NCBI GenBank assembly: GCA_030390025.1
Contig: CM059432.1
Coordinates: 35,528,001 to 35,592,000, forward strand
Direction: 5' to 3'
From: Squalus acanthias
Taxonomy: Eukaryota
DNA: 64,000 nucleotides
Shown here: piece by piece, positions 36,996-50,620 of the stretch
How positions within the stretch are numbered: the stretch's first letter is position 1
Layout of the letters: every line of letters begins with the position of its first letter
The notes under the pieces: model-generated
What the model was told of the DNA's origin: nothing
The model's input: only the letters and a program-made list of their open reading frames with translations
Database searches by the model: none
Made by a program: the position numbers and the translations under genes

Positions 36996-39759
36996 AACTG
37001 CTCTGTTTTGGATGGTGTTGAGCTTATTGAGTGTTGTTGTGGCTGCGCTCCTGCTTTAAGCCAGGTAGATAGTGGAGAGGTTATGAGTGGTCAGGAGTTG
37101 AGCCATTCATCACAAGGTACCCAGCTTCTGCCCTGCTCTTGTAGCCATGGTTGGTCTAGTTCAGCTTCTGATCAATGGTGAATAGAACCAAAATGTTGAT
37201 TGTGAGCTATTTAGTGATGGTGGTGCCATTAAAGGTCAATAGGACGTGTCTGTGCTTTCTCTTGTAGGAGATGGTCATTACCTGCAATTTATGTGGCGTG
37301 AATGTTAGCTGCCACTTGTCAGCCCTGGCCTAGATGTTATCCAGGTCCCACTGTAGGTTGGCATGTGTTACTTTATTATCAGAAGAGTGTTCAATGGAGC
37401 TAAACGTGGAAGTCAAATGAAATTAAAAACTGGCAACTGATCTGATCCCGTCAGTTTGCCCCCAGGTCGGTTAGGTTAAAATTACTCCCATTAAGAAGGA
37501 CAACAAGCACTAATGACTAAAGTCATGGTCAAAAAGGTTTTTGAGGAGGCTCTTGAAGAAAGAGAGAGAGAGAGAATTCCATAGTGTCGAGCCTAAGCAG
37601 CTGAAGGTTCCGCCCCCCCCACTCCCAGTGGTAGAGTTGGGGGAGGAGGAGGTGTGCACTGGAGGCCTGAGTCAGAAGAGCATGCTGGGACATCGAGCTG
37701 GAGAAGGTTGCAGGGGACTGAGGGATTTACAAATGATGACAATTTTGAATTCAGTGTACTGGGTGATGGAGAACCGGTGAAGACAAGGACAGAAGCAATA
37801 GGGGAGTGGGACTCTGTGCAGGATAGAATGCATGGGGTAGATTTTGGATGAGACTGGCGTGCCAGAAAGAAAGAATGGCTTGCATTTATATAGCACCTTT
37901 CACGACCACCGGACGTCCCAAAGCGCTTTACAACCAATGAAGTACTTTTTGAAGTGTAGTCACTGTTGTAATGTAGGAAACGCGGCAGCCAATTTGCGCA
38001 CAGCAAGCTCCCAGAAACAGCATTGTGATAATTACCAGATAATCTGTTTTAGTGATGTTGGTGAGGGATAAATATTGGCCAGGACACTGGGGGTAACTCC
38101 CCTGCTCTTCTTTGAAATAGTGCCATAGGATCTTTTACGTCCGCCTGAGAGGGCAGATGGCGCCTCAGTTTAATGTCTCATCCGAAAGACATGGATAAGG
38201 ATTTTCATGGGAGTGGGGGTGAGTTTAAGGCAGGGGCAGGCAATGCTATGGTGGTGGAAGTAAGTGTGGCGGGGGGTGCATTCACAGTGTGGATCATCAA
38301 TGGGGCCATCATGTTTATTCTTTTTTTTAAATGTAACCAACCCGTCATAGCTGAATAGCAAAAAAAAAAGTGAGATAAGAGGGCAGGCGAGTTGAAATGT
38401 CACCGCAGATGCTGTGTGAAGCTGCAGGAAGGCATTCTGAAAGATGCTCTCTGTGGTTAAAAACAGGAAGCTTTCACACATCTTCACCCAGCTTCCAGTG
38501 AGTTGGGGCCTATATTTTTAAACCAATCTTTTTTTTCCTTTTTCAGTTCTCTCCCATCCCTCTCTCCTGAAGGCTCTTGCTGGAGCACAGTGTCTCAGGC
38601 CTCCAGCAGCCCCTCTGGACTCCCACCCAAATGGTCATTCTTCATTCTGCGAGTTGAGGCATAGAAATACATAGAAGTTACAACATGGAAACAGGCCATT
38701 TGGCCCAACCAGTCTGTGTCGGCATTTACCCTCCGTGCAAGCAAACAGTCCTACCCACCCTCTGTTCCCATATCCCTTGAACTCCTTTTGCTTCATCCAC
38801 CTCTCCAATCTAATCCTGAATGTTGACATAGTTTCTGCATCAATAGCTAACTCTTTCTCTCCTTTTTTCTTTCTCACTCTCTCCCTTCACTCTTCTTTCT
38901 TTCTTTCCCTCATTTTTTAATTCTTTTCAGCCTGCACTATAGAACTTGGCCTTCCATTGACCTTCGTCAATTTAAAAATGAAAAATCCTTGCCTTAGGGA
39001 GGGGAAAAAAATCAACATCGGGCTTATGTGATTTTTAAAATTTGTTCTTGAAATGTGGATGACACTGGCAAGGCTAGCATTTATTGCCTATCGCTAGTTG
39101 CCCTGGAAAGGTGATGGTGAGCCTGGTTCTTGATTGTTTGGCTTAATGTTTTGCTAGGCCACTTCAGAGGCCATTATGAGTCAACCACATTGGGACTGGA
39201 TTCCGTTGTAGGCCCAGACCAGTTAAGGGTGCACGGTTCTCTCTCCCGAAGGATATTAGTGACCCAGTTGGATTTTTCTAACAATCCGGCAGTTTCTAGT
39301 GCCAGCCCAGAAATTACCAGATTTATTGAATTCTATTTTACAATCTGCCTTGGTGGGTTTTCAACTTACGACGTCTGTCCCTGCCAGTCCATCACCGTAC
39401 CAGAATGTAAGGGATGCCCTTCCTGGTCAAACAACATGCCGACGGGTGATATTCTGGAAAACTACTGGCAACTGTGGGACTGTACCCCCGTGAGGGGTCC
39501 TCACCTTCACCAGAGGAAGGGAGAAAGTTAGTGAGATGGGATAGTGCACATTAAGATATAAACTTGATGAAATTGGTCTTTTATTTTATTCATTCTGATA
39601 TGTTAGCATTTTCATTTCATTGGATTTCATTTCTGCTGTGTTTTACTTTTGTTAGATTCAGTTGTATAGCATTAGTGGAAGATTTGTCTTGTATTGGCCA
39701 AATAAATAATTCTGGGATTTTATATTGTGAGTAATTTTACTCACTCTCCCAGTCTGTGT

Positions 39760-40385
39760 GTGGCGTAGGTACTCCCACAGTAATATTCCAGGATTTCGAC
39801 CCAGCAACGATGAAGGAATGCCGATATATGTCCAAGGCAGGATAGTGTGCGACTTGGAAGAGAACCTGGAGGTGGTGGTGTTTCCATGCTCCGATTGCCC
39901 TTGTCCCGAGGTGGTGGGTTTGGGAGGCGCTGTCGAAGATACCTTGGCGAGTAGCAGAAGTGCATCCTGTGGACAGTACACACTGTAGCCACGGTGTGGC
40001 AGTGATGAAAGGAGTGGATGTTTAAGATGGTGAATGGGCTGCCAATCAAGCAGACTATTTTATCCTGGATGATGTTGAGATTCCTGAGTGTTGTTGCAGC
40101 TGCACCCATCCAGGCAAAAGAGTATTCCATCACACTCCTGACTTGTGTCTTATAGGTGGTGGAGAGGCTATGGGGAGTCAGGAGGTGAGCCACTCTCCAC
40201 AGAATACCCAGCCTCTGACTTACTCTGGTAGCCATGGCACTTATGTGGCTGGTCTAGTTGAGTTTCTGGTCAATGGCAACCACCAGGATGCTGATGGTGG
40301 GGTATTCGGAGATTGTAATGCTATTCAATGTCAAGTGGAGCTGGTTAGGCTCGTTCTTGGTGGAGATGGTCATTGGCTGTTACTT
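39760..40385 (-). mobile_element. Fragment of the Zenon-like LINE family
   Basis: ORF 39741..40235 (LLTPHSLSTTYKTQVRSVMEYS) is homologous to 51610..51894. Confidence 0.85.
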
Positions 40386-42728
40386 GTCTCAGGTGACGAA
40401 ATAGGGTCTCTTTAAGTGGCAGCACCATGATTAAAATGACACATCTCTATATTGTGAGTTGGGCAATTTGATGTCAGTTACATCCTGCACTCGGGCAATA
40501 ACTGCGAACATACGCAATGTTTGCTACTCTTGAAGGTACAAGATGTCTCCACACTTCCCACAAAAACCACATGCACGTTAGCTCGTCATTCTCAGAGTCA
40601 ATGTGCTGACTTGGCTTTTAATTGTACAGTAATAAGATTGAGCAACAGCAAAAGGAACCTGCCCATCATGGCATGGCTAATTATCCATCTCATCGGAACC
40701 CCCTCCCCGCACCGGTAGGAATAGAAAAACAACGCCCGTTGTCGGGTTATTGGCTGAAACATGGTAAAGGGAGGGGCACTGGAAAGTGACCTTTGCAGAT
40801 GACGACAGTTCAATGAAACCCTTCATAATCACATGTCAAAAGTAGGGCTCTGTCCTTTTTTAACTGAAAAATCTCCAACTCTTTTACTCATCTCTTGCTT
40901 CTCTTTGATCCACACCGAGTTTTTTTTTGTTCCACCCTTTTCTTCGGCGTTCTGTTCCCCGATTTGACAATTTGCCCATTGATATTCTTCAGAGGTGTTC
41001 TCCCGGTCACCCATTGTAACTCTCATGACAGCACCCTAAAAACAAAACCAGTGGAGACTCCGAAACGTGTCTTGAGGTGGGGGTGGGGGGGGTGGTAATT
41101 CTGCCGGAGTGACATTGGCAGGTGGCTGTCCGTCGAGTTTCAGGATCTTTGGGGGGGGCGGGGTTGTTTGCCGAATATCTCTTTCTCACGCGCAACATGC
41201 AGGAACGAACTTAATGGCCCTGATCTTAACTTCAGTCCTCCTGGCCCCACAAGGAAAGTTTTTTTAAATTTAAAACTTACCTATTTGGGCCTTTACTGGC
41301 TCTGATCCACTGCCTCGCTGTTTGGCCTGGTGGGAAACTCACGGCCGCTTCCCACTCAGGAAAATTGCCGTCATCATGCATGCGTTAAAAAGGACGCCGG
41401 CAGCTTTGAGCGGGCATCCTTGCCGTCTGGCCAGTGGAGCAAATCAAAACTGGTCAGTTCCCACTGGCTTCAGAGTGGATAAGAAACAAAGCAATTTTAA
41501 CTGACACCTGCCAATTGGTGCCAGGCAGGTAAGGTTAAAAGCACCTCCAATGTGTAGCTGTATCGGCGTGACCTTTTTTGACCTGTTAGAGCTGGAATCT
41601 GTAGGGTTTAATATTTGATGTAAATTTTTTTAAATAGTTCTTGATGAAATGTTCTTATTTAAAAGTTTATTTTCTTCTGAAGAGGGCAGAGGATCGGTAT
41701 TGGTGAATTTATATAAAGCCATTGCAAGACTTCAGTTGGAGTACTGTGTGCAGTAACGGAGCGTCCCCCGCTGCTCCATTTCCTCTTCCTTTTCTTCCAA
41801 CATTTTCATTTTTTTCTTTTTCTCCGAGTTAGATACAGAGTAAAGCTCCCTGTACACTGTTCCATCAAACACTCCCAGGGCAGTTAGAGCACGGATTAGA
41901 TACAGATGGGTTGAGTTTCCACTCATTTCCGCTAGTTATATGGGCGCAAACCGGGCGGAGTCGGCTGAACCAGCGCAGAAGATCAGGGAATTTTAAACTT
42001 AAATGAGTTACACTTAAATCCATTTACACTTGTGTTTTCCACGATCTTTTACGCTGGTTCAAAATTCAATTCACCTGACTCGGACCACAAAACAGGTCAA
42101 AAGTGCCGGATTCCACTGGTTCATGAAGGCTCTTCAAGTTGCGCTTATTTTCTTCAGCGCACAAGCACTAGTAGGCACGTTTTTTCACATCAAAAAATAT
42201 TTAATTTACTAAGAAACTGATTAGTGTACACCAATGAAACTATTAAATAGTTCCGTATAGTTTTTTAAGTCATTTTCAGTGCATTTTAAATCAAGTTACT
42301 CACAGTTGGAGAACTGGACGCCCTTTTTAAAAATGCTTATTTTTGATGATAAACCCATTTTCAGCTGTATTAATAAAACTGCATAAGATTACCACTCTTA
42401 AATAAATCAAGAACACTTTTTAATGGGTTGGTTCATGTAAGGTGTAATCTTTGTGATTATGCAAATGAATTTTAGCAGAAACTTGAACAATTTCCTGATT
42501 GTTTCCAGAGTGGAAACTCTACTCCAGAGTACTTCCTATAGGCTGTCCAACATGTGGCCTTGCTCCAACATTAGATCCCAGCCTGTAACTCACTCCCAGG
42601 TATCCATTATTCCAGATATAAATTATCTTAAGTCCTTGATTAGATTCCAGTCTGTAATTCACTCATGTCTCGCTTGTGAGCCTGGACCCAGGATGTGCAA
42701 TAACTAGACCAATTTCTTCTTTACACAG

Positions 42729-42810
42729 AAATTTAGAAAATATTGAAACAAAAGTCACTCCAACCTTCGTCCCGGAAGTTGTTAATCTACTGGCTGTGTG
42801 CACTTCTGAG
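42729..42810 (+). CDS. NBEAL2: NBEAL2 coding exon (probable exon 4)
   Basis: ttacacAG|A AAT TTA...GAG|GTgagt. Encodes (R)NLENIETKVTPTFVPEVVNLLAVCTSE; cf. NBEAL2 RNLENIE. Phase 2 to 0. Confidence 0.9.
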
Positions 42811-43639
42811 GTGAGTCCTCTTTCGTTCACTGTGACTTAAGCTGGGCACCACTTAAATCTCCTGATATGTTTTACTTTCTCTTTTGAGAGCTTTCAATGA
42901 AATTTCTCCCAGAACCTGAAAGGCGTAATCGAGCAATAACTTCAAGATGTCATTCTTCTTGGAATTTTTATTTTATTTCTCCCCTCCTGTGCTGAAGGTG
43001 CTGACTCTTGGTGGTGTATCATTCTCCGGGCTGAGTAACAGGTCTGTGTAGGCCCAAGCACTTTAATCCCTGCAATCATATCCATCCTTTTCTGCCACGA
43101 ATAGACCTTGTAGGGGAAATTTCCTTGTGAAACGGGGAGTGAATGGGGCTGTGCGGCCTACTACTGCTGGACGGCCCCGATCGGAATTTCTCTCCCTTGC
43201 CATGATCACCGTTGTGAGGGCACGGAGCCAAGTTCCTCGCTGGATTTCCCTCCTTTCCGCCTGTTTTACCACCACTTCTTGGGAATGTCATGGGGAAGAT
43301 GTGGCTAATGCCCCTGTGGTGCCCCCTATGAGGAGAAGGCCTCCAGACAAGTCAGCAAAGCAGTACCGGTAGCATCCTCCTCCTTTTCATTATTGGGCTC
43401 CCTCTTGTTGGCAGGAATCCTGTTCAGAACCCACCATGGATACTCCATGAACCTGCACTCGGGAGAATGGGTCAGGGTTGGATGGATACAAATGCAAGGC
43501 TGTTGTCCTGCACCTTGGAACTGCACCCTGAAAGATAGGACATTGGCTGTTTGCTCCAATTAAAAAGCTAGCACTGGCACACATGCAGTGGGAAGAATGG
43601 CCTCCTTCCATGCTGTAGATTTTGTGATTCTATGATTTT

Positions 43640-44130
43640 GAGCAGTCATCGAGTCATAATGGCACAGAAGGAGGCCATTCGGCCCATCGAGTCCGTGCCA
43701 GCTCTCTGTAGAACAATTCAGTCAGTCCCATTCCCCCGCTCTATCCCTGTAGCCCTGCAAGTTTATTTCCCTCAAGTGCCTATCCAGTCTCCCCTTGAAA
43801 ACATTGAGTGTCTCCGCTTCCACCACTTCTGTCGGCAGTGAGTTCCAGGTCCTCACCACTCGCTGCGTAAAAACGTTTTTCCTCACGTCCCCCCTGTATC
43901 TCTTGCCCAAAACCTTAAATCTATGTCCCCTAGTCCTTGTACCATCAACTAGTGGGAACAGCCTTTTCCCGTCTAGCCTATCCAAACCCGTCATAATCTT
44001 GTACACCTCTATCAAATCACCCCTCAACCTCCTTTGCTCTAATGAAAACAAATCCAGCTTCTCCAACCTGTCCTTGTAGCTAAGATCCCCCATCCCCGGA
44101 ACCATTCTGGTAAATCTCCTCTGCAGTCTT
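43640..44130 (-). mobile_element. CR1 3' fragment
   Basis: ORF 43722..44150 contains LFSLEQRRLRGDLIEVYKIM...FTQRVVRTWNSLP. Confidence 0.88.
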
Positions 44131-45200
44131 GATCCAGATTCCAGAAGCATGGACCCACAGCAGATAAATCAGAATGCTATAGCACAGAAAAACGCCATTC
44201 GGCCCATCGAGTCTGTGCCAGTATTTGTCTCCACATGAATCACCAAGTTTTATCCCACTCTTCTGCTCACTCCTCATACCTTTTATTGTCCCACCTAGTC
44301 TAATCCAATTTTCCTGTTCAATTTCCCACCAAGCATAATCCCACTCTCTTCACTCCCCATACCCATTAATATTTATAAAAGAAAAAGAAAGACTTGCATT
44401 TATACAGCGCCTTTCACGACCATCGGCTTTACAGCCAATGAAGTACTTTTGAAGTGGAGTCACTGTTGTAATGTGGGAAATCTATTTCAACTAACCATTT
44501 AGCTCTTTTTAACAACAATTTCTGGACTCTGCTTCAGTAACAGATTGTGGCAGAGAATTCCTCATTCTAACCGCCCTCTGTAGCAAGATATTTTTTCTAC
44601 TCTTCCCCAATTCATTTTGTGATTCATTTAAATTTGTGTCCCCTCCTTATCATCTCACTGACCAGTGGAAACAATCTGTCAGCTTTTGTCTTATGTTTTG
44701 GTAGGAAGAATAAGGAGGCCATATACGCCTTGGAAAACATTTAAGGGGAAGCTAGATAAACATATGAGGGTGAAAGGAATAGAAGGATATGTTGCTGAGG
44801 TTAGATGAAGTAGGGTAGGAGACTCGTGTGGAGCATAAACACTGGTATGGACCTGTTTGGCCAGATGGCCTGTTTCTGTGCTGTAAATGTAATACATATT
44901 ATTGGGATAGAGTAAATAGAGTTTTACTCGTGTATCTAACCCATGGTGTACCTGCCCTATTAGTGTTTGATGGGGCCGTGTTGAGAGAGTTTTACTTTGT
45001 ATCTAATCCATTGGTGTACCTGCCCTGGGAGTATTTACATGTTCCATTCCCCAGTACTGACATCCCTCACCTTGGAGCAGCAGTATGAAAAAAGTAATTC
45101 TAAAGAAATATTTAAATGCAAGTATATTGTGTTGTAAGAATTGTCTCCTTCTGCCAACACAGATATTTTGTTTTATTTTTGTATTCATTTCTCTTCCTAG

Positions 45201-45328
45201 TTAAAGAAGGAAACGCAGGAGAAGGTTTTACCAGACAGCTCAAAGGTTGAGCAGTTAACCTTGTATGCACTGCACCTGTGTGAGTGCCTCTTCGATCCAT
45301 ATCAAATCTGGAGGCGGCACTTGGGCGG
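45201..45328 (+). CDS. NBEAL2: NBEAL2 coding exon (probable exon 5)
   Basis: ttcctAG|TTA...GGCGG|GTgagt. Encodes LKKETQEKVLPDSSKVEQLTLYALHLCECLFDPYQIWRRHLG(G); the LFDPYQxWRR motif is as in NBEAL2. Confidence 0.93.
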
Positions 45329-45772
45329 GTGAGTACACATGGCCTGTGTTCAAATCTATTATTTAACAGACGTTCCTCCACTTATCGTTGAGTACATGAG
45401 CTTGAGGCCTAACTTTTCTCATGCTCTCCTCGCTGATCTCCCCACCTCCAGCATTCTCTAAACCCCAGCTAATTCAGAAATCTGCAGGCCAAGTCCCCTC
45501 CCGCACTAATTCCTGCACACCCATCACCCTTGTCCTCACACAGCTCCCTGTGCCCCAGGGAATTCATGTGAAGATCCTTGTCCTCCTTCATTTCACCCAC
45601 CGTCCTTGGAAAACCTTCTTCACCCACACTGCGATCCCTTTTTAATTTATTCTTGGAATCCGGGCAATTATTGCCCATCCCTTGTTGCCCTGAACTGAGT
45701 GGCGAGTCAGCTACTCTGGTGTGGGATTGGAATAACATATAGGCCAGACCGTAAGGACCTAATCAAAGTCAT

Positions 45773-46500
45773 GGGGGGGGAAATTCGGTTGATTTGCACC
45801 TCCCATTAGCGCCCTAAGAGGGTGCTAACGGGGCACAAAGCAACTAGCGCCCGGGCGTGGCACCGCCAACGCCTCCCGCGAAATTCCGCGGGAGGTTAGC
45901 GGCGGCGGTAACCGTTAGTGCCCCGCGGTGCTGCGCCTCCGGCGCCCTGCTTGCGCCCCAACCACGATCTTCGGTAGCACCTCCTGACTTACCGCCGGAC
46001 GCTATGTCCAACAGGGTCAAGGGGGCCTACCTGCGGCCGGGGCGGCACAAATTAAAGGGGAGGTGCCAGGCGGCCAGTTTTGTTGCTGGCCGCCTGCCAG
46101 CACCTGTCCCCGGCCTCCTGTGCAGCCCCCCCACGGAGTGCTGGCTACGCTTCGTGAGCCCGGCACTTCTTTTGAGTGCCGGGCTCTTTTGCCGGCACTC
46201 CGATCCCTGGTGGCCCAGCTGGGCCCCGGGTCGCGCTGCGTTAGGCCCCTCCCCTTTAATCAGTGGAGGAAAGCCTGCAGTACCATGGCGCGACGTGCCA
46301 CAGTGTGTGGTGCTGCTGCGCCTAGCGCTGCGAAATTCACTTGCAGCGCCCCAAGAGTGAGGAGGGGCACTTCCAGTAGTGCCCTGCCTCCCTCTTGGGG
46401 CGCTACCAGTGAATTTCGGGCGTGGGGGCGCTAACTTTTTCGGGGCGCTAAATGTAGCGAAGTTAGCGCCCCAAAGGGGGTGCGACCCAATTTTGCCCCC
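45773..46500. mobile_element. Harbinger-type MITE, related subfamily
   Basis: G-run-AAATTCGGT / ATTTTGCCCCC termini. The first ~200 bp resembles the copy-1 left end (CCTCCCATTAGCGCCCTAAGAGGGTGCTAA), but the interior differs. It interrupts a bipartite SINE. Confidence 0.75.
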
Positions 46501-47679
46501 ATTAGGTTTAATGGTACCTGCTTTTTAATTTCCAGATGTTTTCAAATGAATTCAAATTCTCACACGCCATGGTGGGATTTTAAACTCACATTCTCTGGAT
46601 TATTAGTCCAAGCATCTGGATTGCCATTGCAATTGTAATGTAGCCACTGCACCACTCTATCCTTACCAAGTATTAATCCATTCTGGCTTGTTCCCCGACC
46701 CTTCTGACCCACAATTGGAGGTCAATCGCCATTATTACATCCTTACCCTCTGGAATTCTCTCCAAAACATTAAGTCCTGCTACCTCTGCTCCTTTCCTCA
46801 AACGCATCCTAAAAAGCATCTGAAGTACTGTATTCTGATCACTGAAACAAGGAGACCTTTGACCCTGGATATGGCTCGAAGAAGAATTGCAGGCTGACAC
46901 ACAAGGAATGATTTGAGGTTTTCAGTCTTTACTAAGAGCTGACTTCATAGAGATTAATGAGAAAGAAAGAATTTGAAATGATATAGTACCTCACACACTT
47001 TATGGCTGCACCAAAGTTCTTCCCAAATGAAGAATTGCTTTTCAAGTGTAGATTTGTAGACAAATGTGGCAACAAATTTGCACGCAACAAGAAAGGGCAG
47101 ACGGGGCCTCGGTTTAACGTCTTATCCGAAAAGAACCTGCACTCAACTGTCAGCCTTAATTGAGTGCTGAAGTGCTTGGGTGGAGCTTGAAGCCACAATC
47201 TCCTGATTACAATAGTAAATTATCTGGAAAAGATGGATCCACAACATTACTGTTGGACTGATGTCAGGAAGTTCTTCACCAAAAAAGGACATTCAGTTGC
47301 ATCAAACCAGAGATGCACAATAAATACTGACCTTACTAATAATGCCCGCATCCCGAGAATGAATAAATAAGATGAGGTCCTCTAGCATTCTATTGATCTT
47401 ATGAGATCTGATGTCAGTCCTAACCACCAGGAGAAGGGAGGTGGAATTGCCTGTGTGTTCTGCTTAGTTACACCCCAGTGGTGTGGCAATGTCTGAAAAC
47501 TTGGCATGTGACCAAAGGGACCCCACAGTTTAATGCTCAATCGCAGAGAAATTACATTTGAAGCTGTAACACCACTCCCAACCTCCCCAGTAACATCAGG
47601 CTGTTCACACACTTGCTAATGTTTCTGCAATGTCTACTTTGGTGGGGAGGGACGTTAGCACTTAGGGCAATTATAACGG

Positions 47680-47985
47680 GGGTTAAATACTGAGTAAAGC
47701 TCCATCTACAGTGTTCCATCAAACACTCCTGGGGAAGGTACAGCACAGGATAGATACAAAGTAAACCTTGCTCTACACTGCCCCATCAAACTTCCCAGGC
47801 GAGGTTCAGCCCGGGCTAGATACAGAGTAAAGCCCCCTCTACACTGTGCCATGAAATACTCCCAGGGCCGGTACAGCATGGGTTAAATACTGAGTAAACC
47901 TTCCTCTATACTATCCTATAATACTCCCCCAGGACTGGCGCAGCATGGGTTAGGTAGAGAGTAAACCCCTCTACACTGTCCCACC
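47680..47985 (+). repeat. ~67-bp minisatellite, ~4.6 diverged units
   Basis: Unit approximately GGGTTAGATACAGAGTAAAGCTCCCTCTACACTGTCCCATCAAACACTCCCAGGGCAGGTACAGCAC; starts at 47680, 47748, 47813, 47880 and 47947. Confidence 0.85.
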
Positions 47986-49219
47986 TTCGCATCTTAAACC
48001 CAAGCCCAGAAGATCGCACCCTATTGCGCCAGCAGATGATTCCAATTACCACTGCAGACACACTGACCCTGAAATTCCTTAGCCCAGGAGGGCAGAACCG
48101 TGGAGTGGAGGGGGATTTGAGGGGGGGACACAGTTCCACCATGTCTCGTCCGTTCTACTCGTAACCAAATATTCAGATGGGAGACAGCTGGGTCCTTGTT
48201 GTGCCTGAACTTGGCTTGTCTTCCCTTGAGTTTAGAAGGTTGAGGGGTTATCTAATCGAGGTGTTTAAAATGATGATCAGATAGGGTAGATGCAGAAAAA
48301 CTATTTCCTCTGGTGGGAGAATCAGGAACAAGGGGCATATTCAAAAATTAGAGCTAGGCCATTTAGGAGTGAAATCAGGAAACACTTTTTCTCACAAAGG
48401 GCAGTGGAAATCTTGAAAACTCTATCTTGCCCCCAAAAAGCTGTGGATGCTGGGTGAATTGAAATTTTCAAGACTGAGTTCGATAGATTATTGTTAGGTA
48501 AGAGTATCAAGGGATATGGAGCAAAGGCGGGTAAATGGAGTCAAGATCTAACTAAATGGAACAGGCTCGAGGGGCTGGATGGTCTACTCCTGTTCCTATA
48601 TTTCCCTGCCCCATGCCCCACTTCCATGCTGGTACTCAGAGGCAGGACTGGTGGGATGATGCCCCACCCACCTCCCCAACCAGAAATCCTGCCCGTTCTG
48701 CTTTTCTTACTGTAGTAAGACCCTTCATGCTGTTTCCTGGGGTGGGGGGGCGGTGGGGGGGGGCGGTCATTGATCAACAATCAATTGATTACCAGTAGGA
48801 AAGATACTACAGAAGAATGACGGTTTTATTCTAAACAAATTTTATATTTGGGCTTCAACAGCATGCTCGCTGCACTGGAGTGGCAAGCTGCTGTTATTTT
48901 CCTGCCACACCCCCTCATGACCGGATGCCCAGGGAGTACCACAAGTGGCACGGGAACCTAGCCCCTTCATATAAATGATCCATCCCTAGGATTTGATATG
49001 GGGGTCAATGCTGCACAGGACTGATAGCCATGCTCTTGACGACAGAAAAGGGCTCGTTGAAATAAGTCACTGCTCGCTTTTGACTATTGGTGAGACTTTG
49101 ATCCATGGGCGAGATTTGTAAGCGGGTCCAAGAGTGAGATTGTTGATCTGCTTGCAAAGTTCAGTTGTTAGCACGGAACCTCCCAAAAGCCTAACTCTGC
49201 CAATCCTGTTTGGTTTCAG

Positions 49220-49302
49220 AGAGATTATCAGTTCCATGGAAAGGAGTAAATATAAGTTTGCACCAGCTGTTTTACCTCAGGAATTCAACACATTCTTCCA
49301 CG
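49220..49302 (+). CDS. NBEAL2: NBEAL2 coding exon (probable exon 6)
   Basis: tttcAG|A GAG...CAC G|GTaagt. Encodes (G)EIISSMERSKYKFAPAVLPQEFNTFFH; cf. NBEAL2 EVISSKEKSKYKFPPAALPQEFSAFFQ. Confidence 0.93.
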
Positions 49303-49576
49303 GTAAGTAAAACTGGGAACTCTGACAGTAGCAGAGGGCTGGGAGTGTATTACGCATCCAGTGTAACAGAGGGCTTGGAGTGTCTTATGTACAGGATAAC
49401 ACCGACCTGGGAATGCATTACAGACAGGGTAACACAGAGCTGGGATTTCAATGGAAAAGAAAATTGGGAGAGGTACAAAACAGGCTGCCGATTCTCTAAA
49501 ACTAATTTTTCCCCCGGTGATAAAATTTAAAATTACCCCCACTGTGTACTAACCAGTGTGTGACAAGGGGGAGGAG

Positions 49577-49762
49577 AGAGTAATTTTGATTTTAGGTGAT
49601 AGTGTAAAATGGGCGATATCGATAGGCTACCAGTGATGTATCTCTCCCAAATTTCATTTCCAGTGACTTGAAAATGAAAATGAAAATTGGGAGAGATATA
49701 TAATGGGCGGCTGATCCGATATCGCCTGTTTTACGCTATCACCCAACATCAAAATTACCCCC
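49577..49762. mobile_element. Palindromic MITE
   Basis: GTAATTTTGAT...GGTGATAGTGTAAAATGGGCGATATCG pairs with CGATATCGCCTGTTTTACGCTATCACC...ATCAAAATTAC. Confidence 0.7.
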
Positions 49763-49987
49763 ACTGTGTGTTCTCCTGTGTGTGACACACTGCCAGTTAT
49801 CCTGTGTGTGAAACATTATGTGCAACACACTATATGCTATCCTGTGTGTGACACTCTGTGTATTATCTGTATCTGTGGCAACGCCTCGATTTTAAAATTC
49901 TCATCCTTGTTTTCAAATCGCTCCCTGGCCTCACCCCTCCCTATCTCTGTATTCTCTTCCGGCTGCAACCCTCAAAGATATCTGTGC

Positions 49988-50151
49988 TAACGTTTCCGCT
50001 GAGCTGCATGGCCACGCAGCTGTCTGCCGGTCCCGCGCAGCCCGGGACTGGCTTTTCAAATGTGAAATTTCACGCATGCGCGTAACTTTGAATGGGCCGT
50101 GCAGCCACTTAAAGGGACCGCGCACCCAAAAAGAAATTAGGGGGCACATTG
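49988..50151. mobile_element. hAT-superfamily MITE (same family), inserted in an L2 tail
   Basis: Decayed TIRs; 8-bp TSD ATCTGTGC / ATCTGCGC. Confidence 0.7.
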
Positions 50152-50534
50152 ATCTGCGCTCCTCTAATTCTGACCTCTGAGCATCCAGGATTTTACTCGC
50201 TCCACCATTGGTGGCCGTGCCTTCAACTACCAAGGCCCTAAGCTCTGGCTTTCCCTCCCTAAAATTTTCCACCTCTCTACCTCTCTTTCCTCCTTCAAGA
50301 CACTCCTTAAAACCTACCCGTTTGACCAAGCTTTTGGTCATCTGCCCTAATCTCTCCATATGTGGCTCGGTGCCAAATTTTGTTTTATAACGCTCCTGTG
50401 AAGCGCCTTGCGACGTTTTACTATGTTAAAGGTGCTATATAAATACAAGTTGTTGTTGTATCATACAAGTTCAACTTACCCATCTGGAATTACTCTAACC
50501 TGCAGTTTCTTGTGTTCTTTCATAATCTTCACAG

Positions 50535-50620
50535 AAAGTTTCAAGAACAGCCAAAGCTTGCGAAAGACAATCCACCTGCGGCTGATATATCTCTATGGAG
50601 CCATTATCAGTGGGAGTAAG
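50535..50620 (+). CDS. NBEAL2: NBEAL2 coding exon (probable exon 7)
   Basis: ttcacAG|AA AGT...AAG|GTaaag. Encodes (E)SFKNSQSLRKTIHLRLIYLYGAIISGSK. Phase 1 to 0, in frame with its neighbours. Confidence 0.9.

Noticed and set aside
43063..43520. Coding-looking, GC-balanced stretch with overlapping short ORFs
   Set aside because: No recognisable domain, splice pattern or repeat hallmark; it cannot be assigned without a database search.
45857..46434. 167-aa and 123-aa ORFs (also 17651..18097 and 12963..13301)
   Set aside because: They lie in GC-rich MITEs with no recognisable domain, and the frames differ between the two MITE copies.
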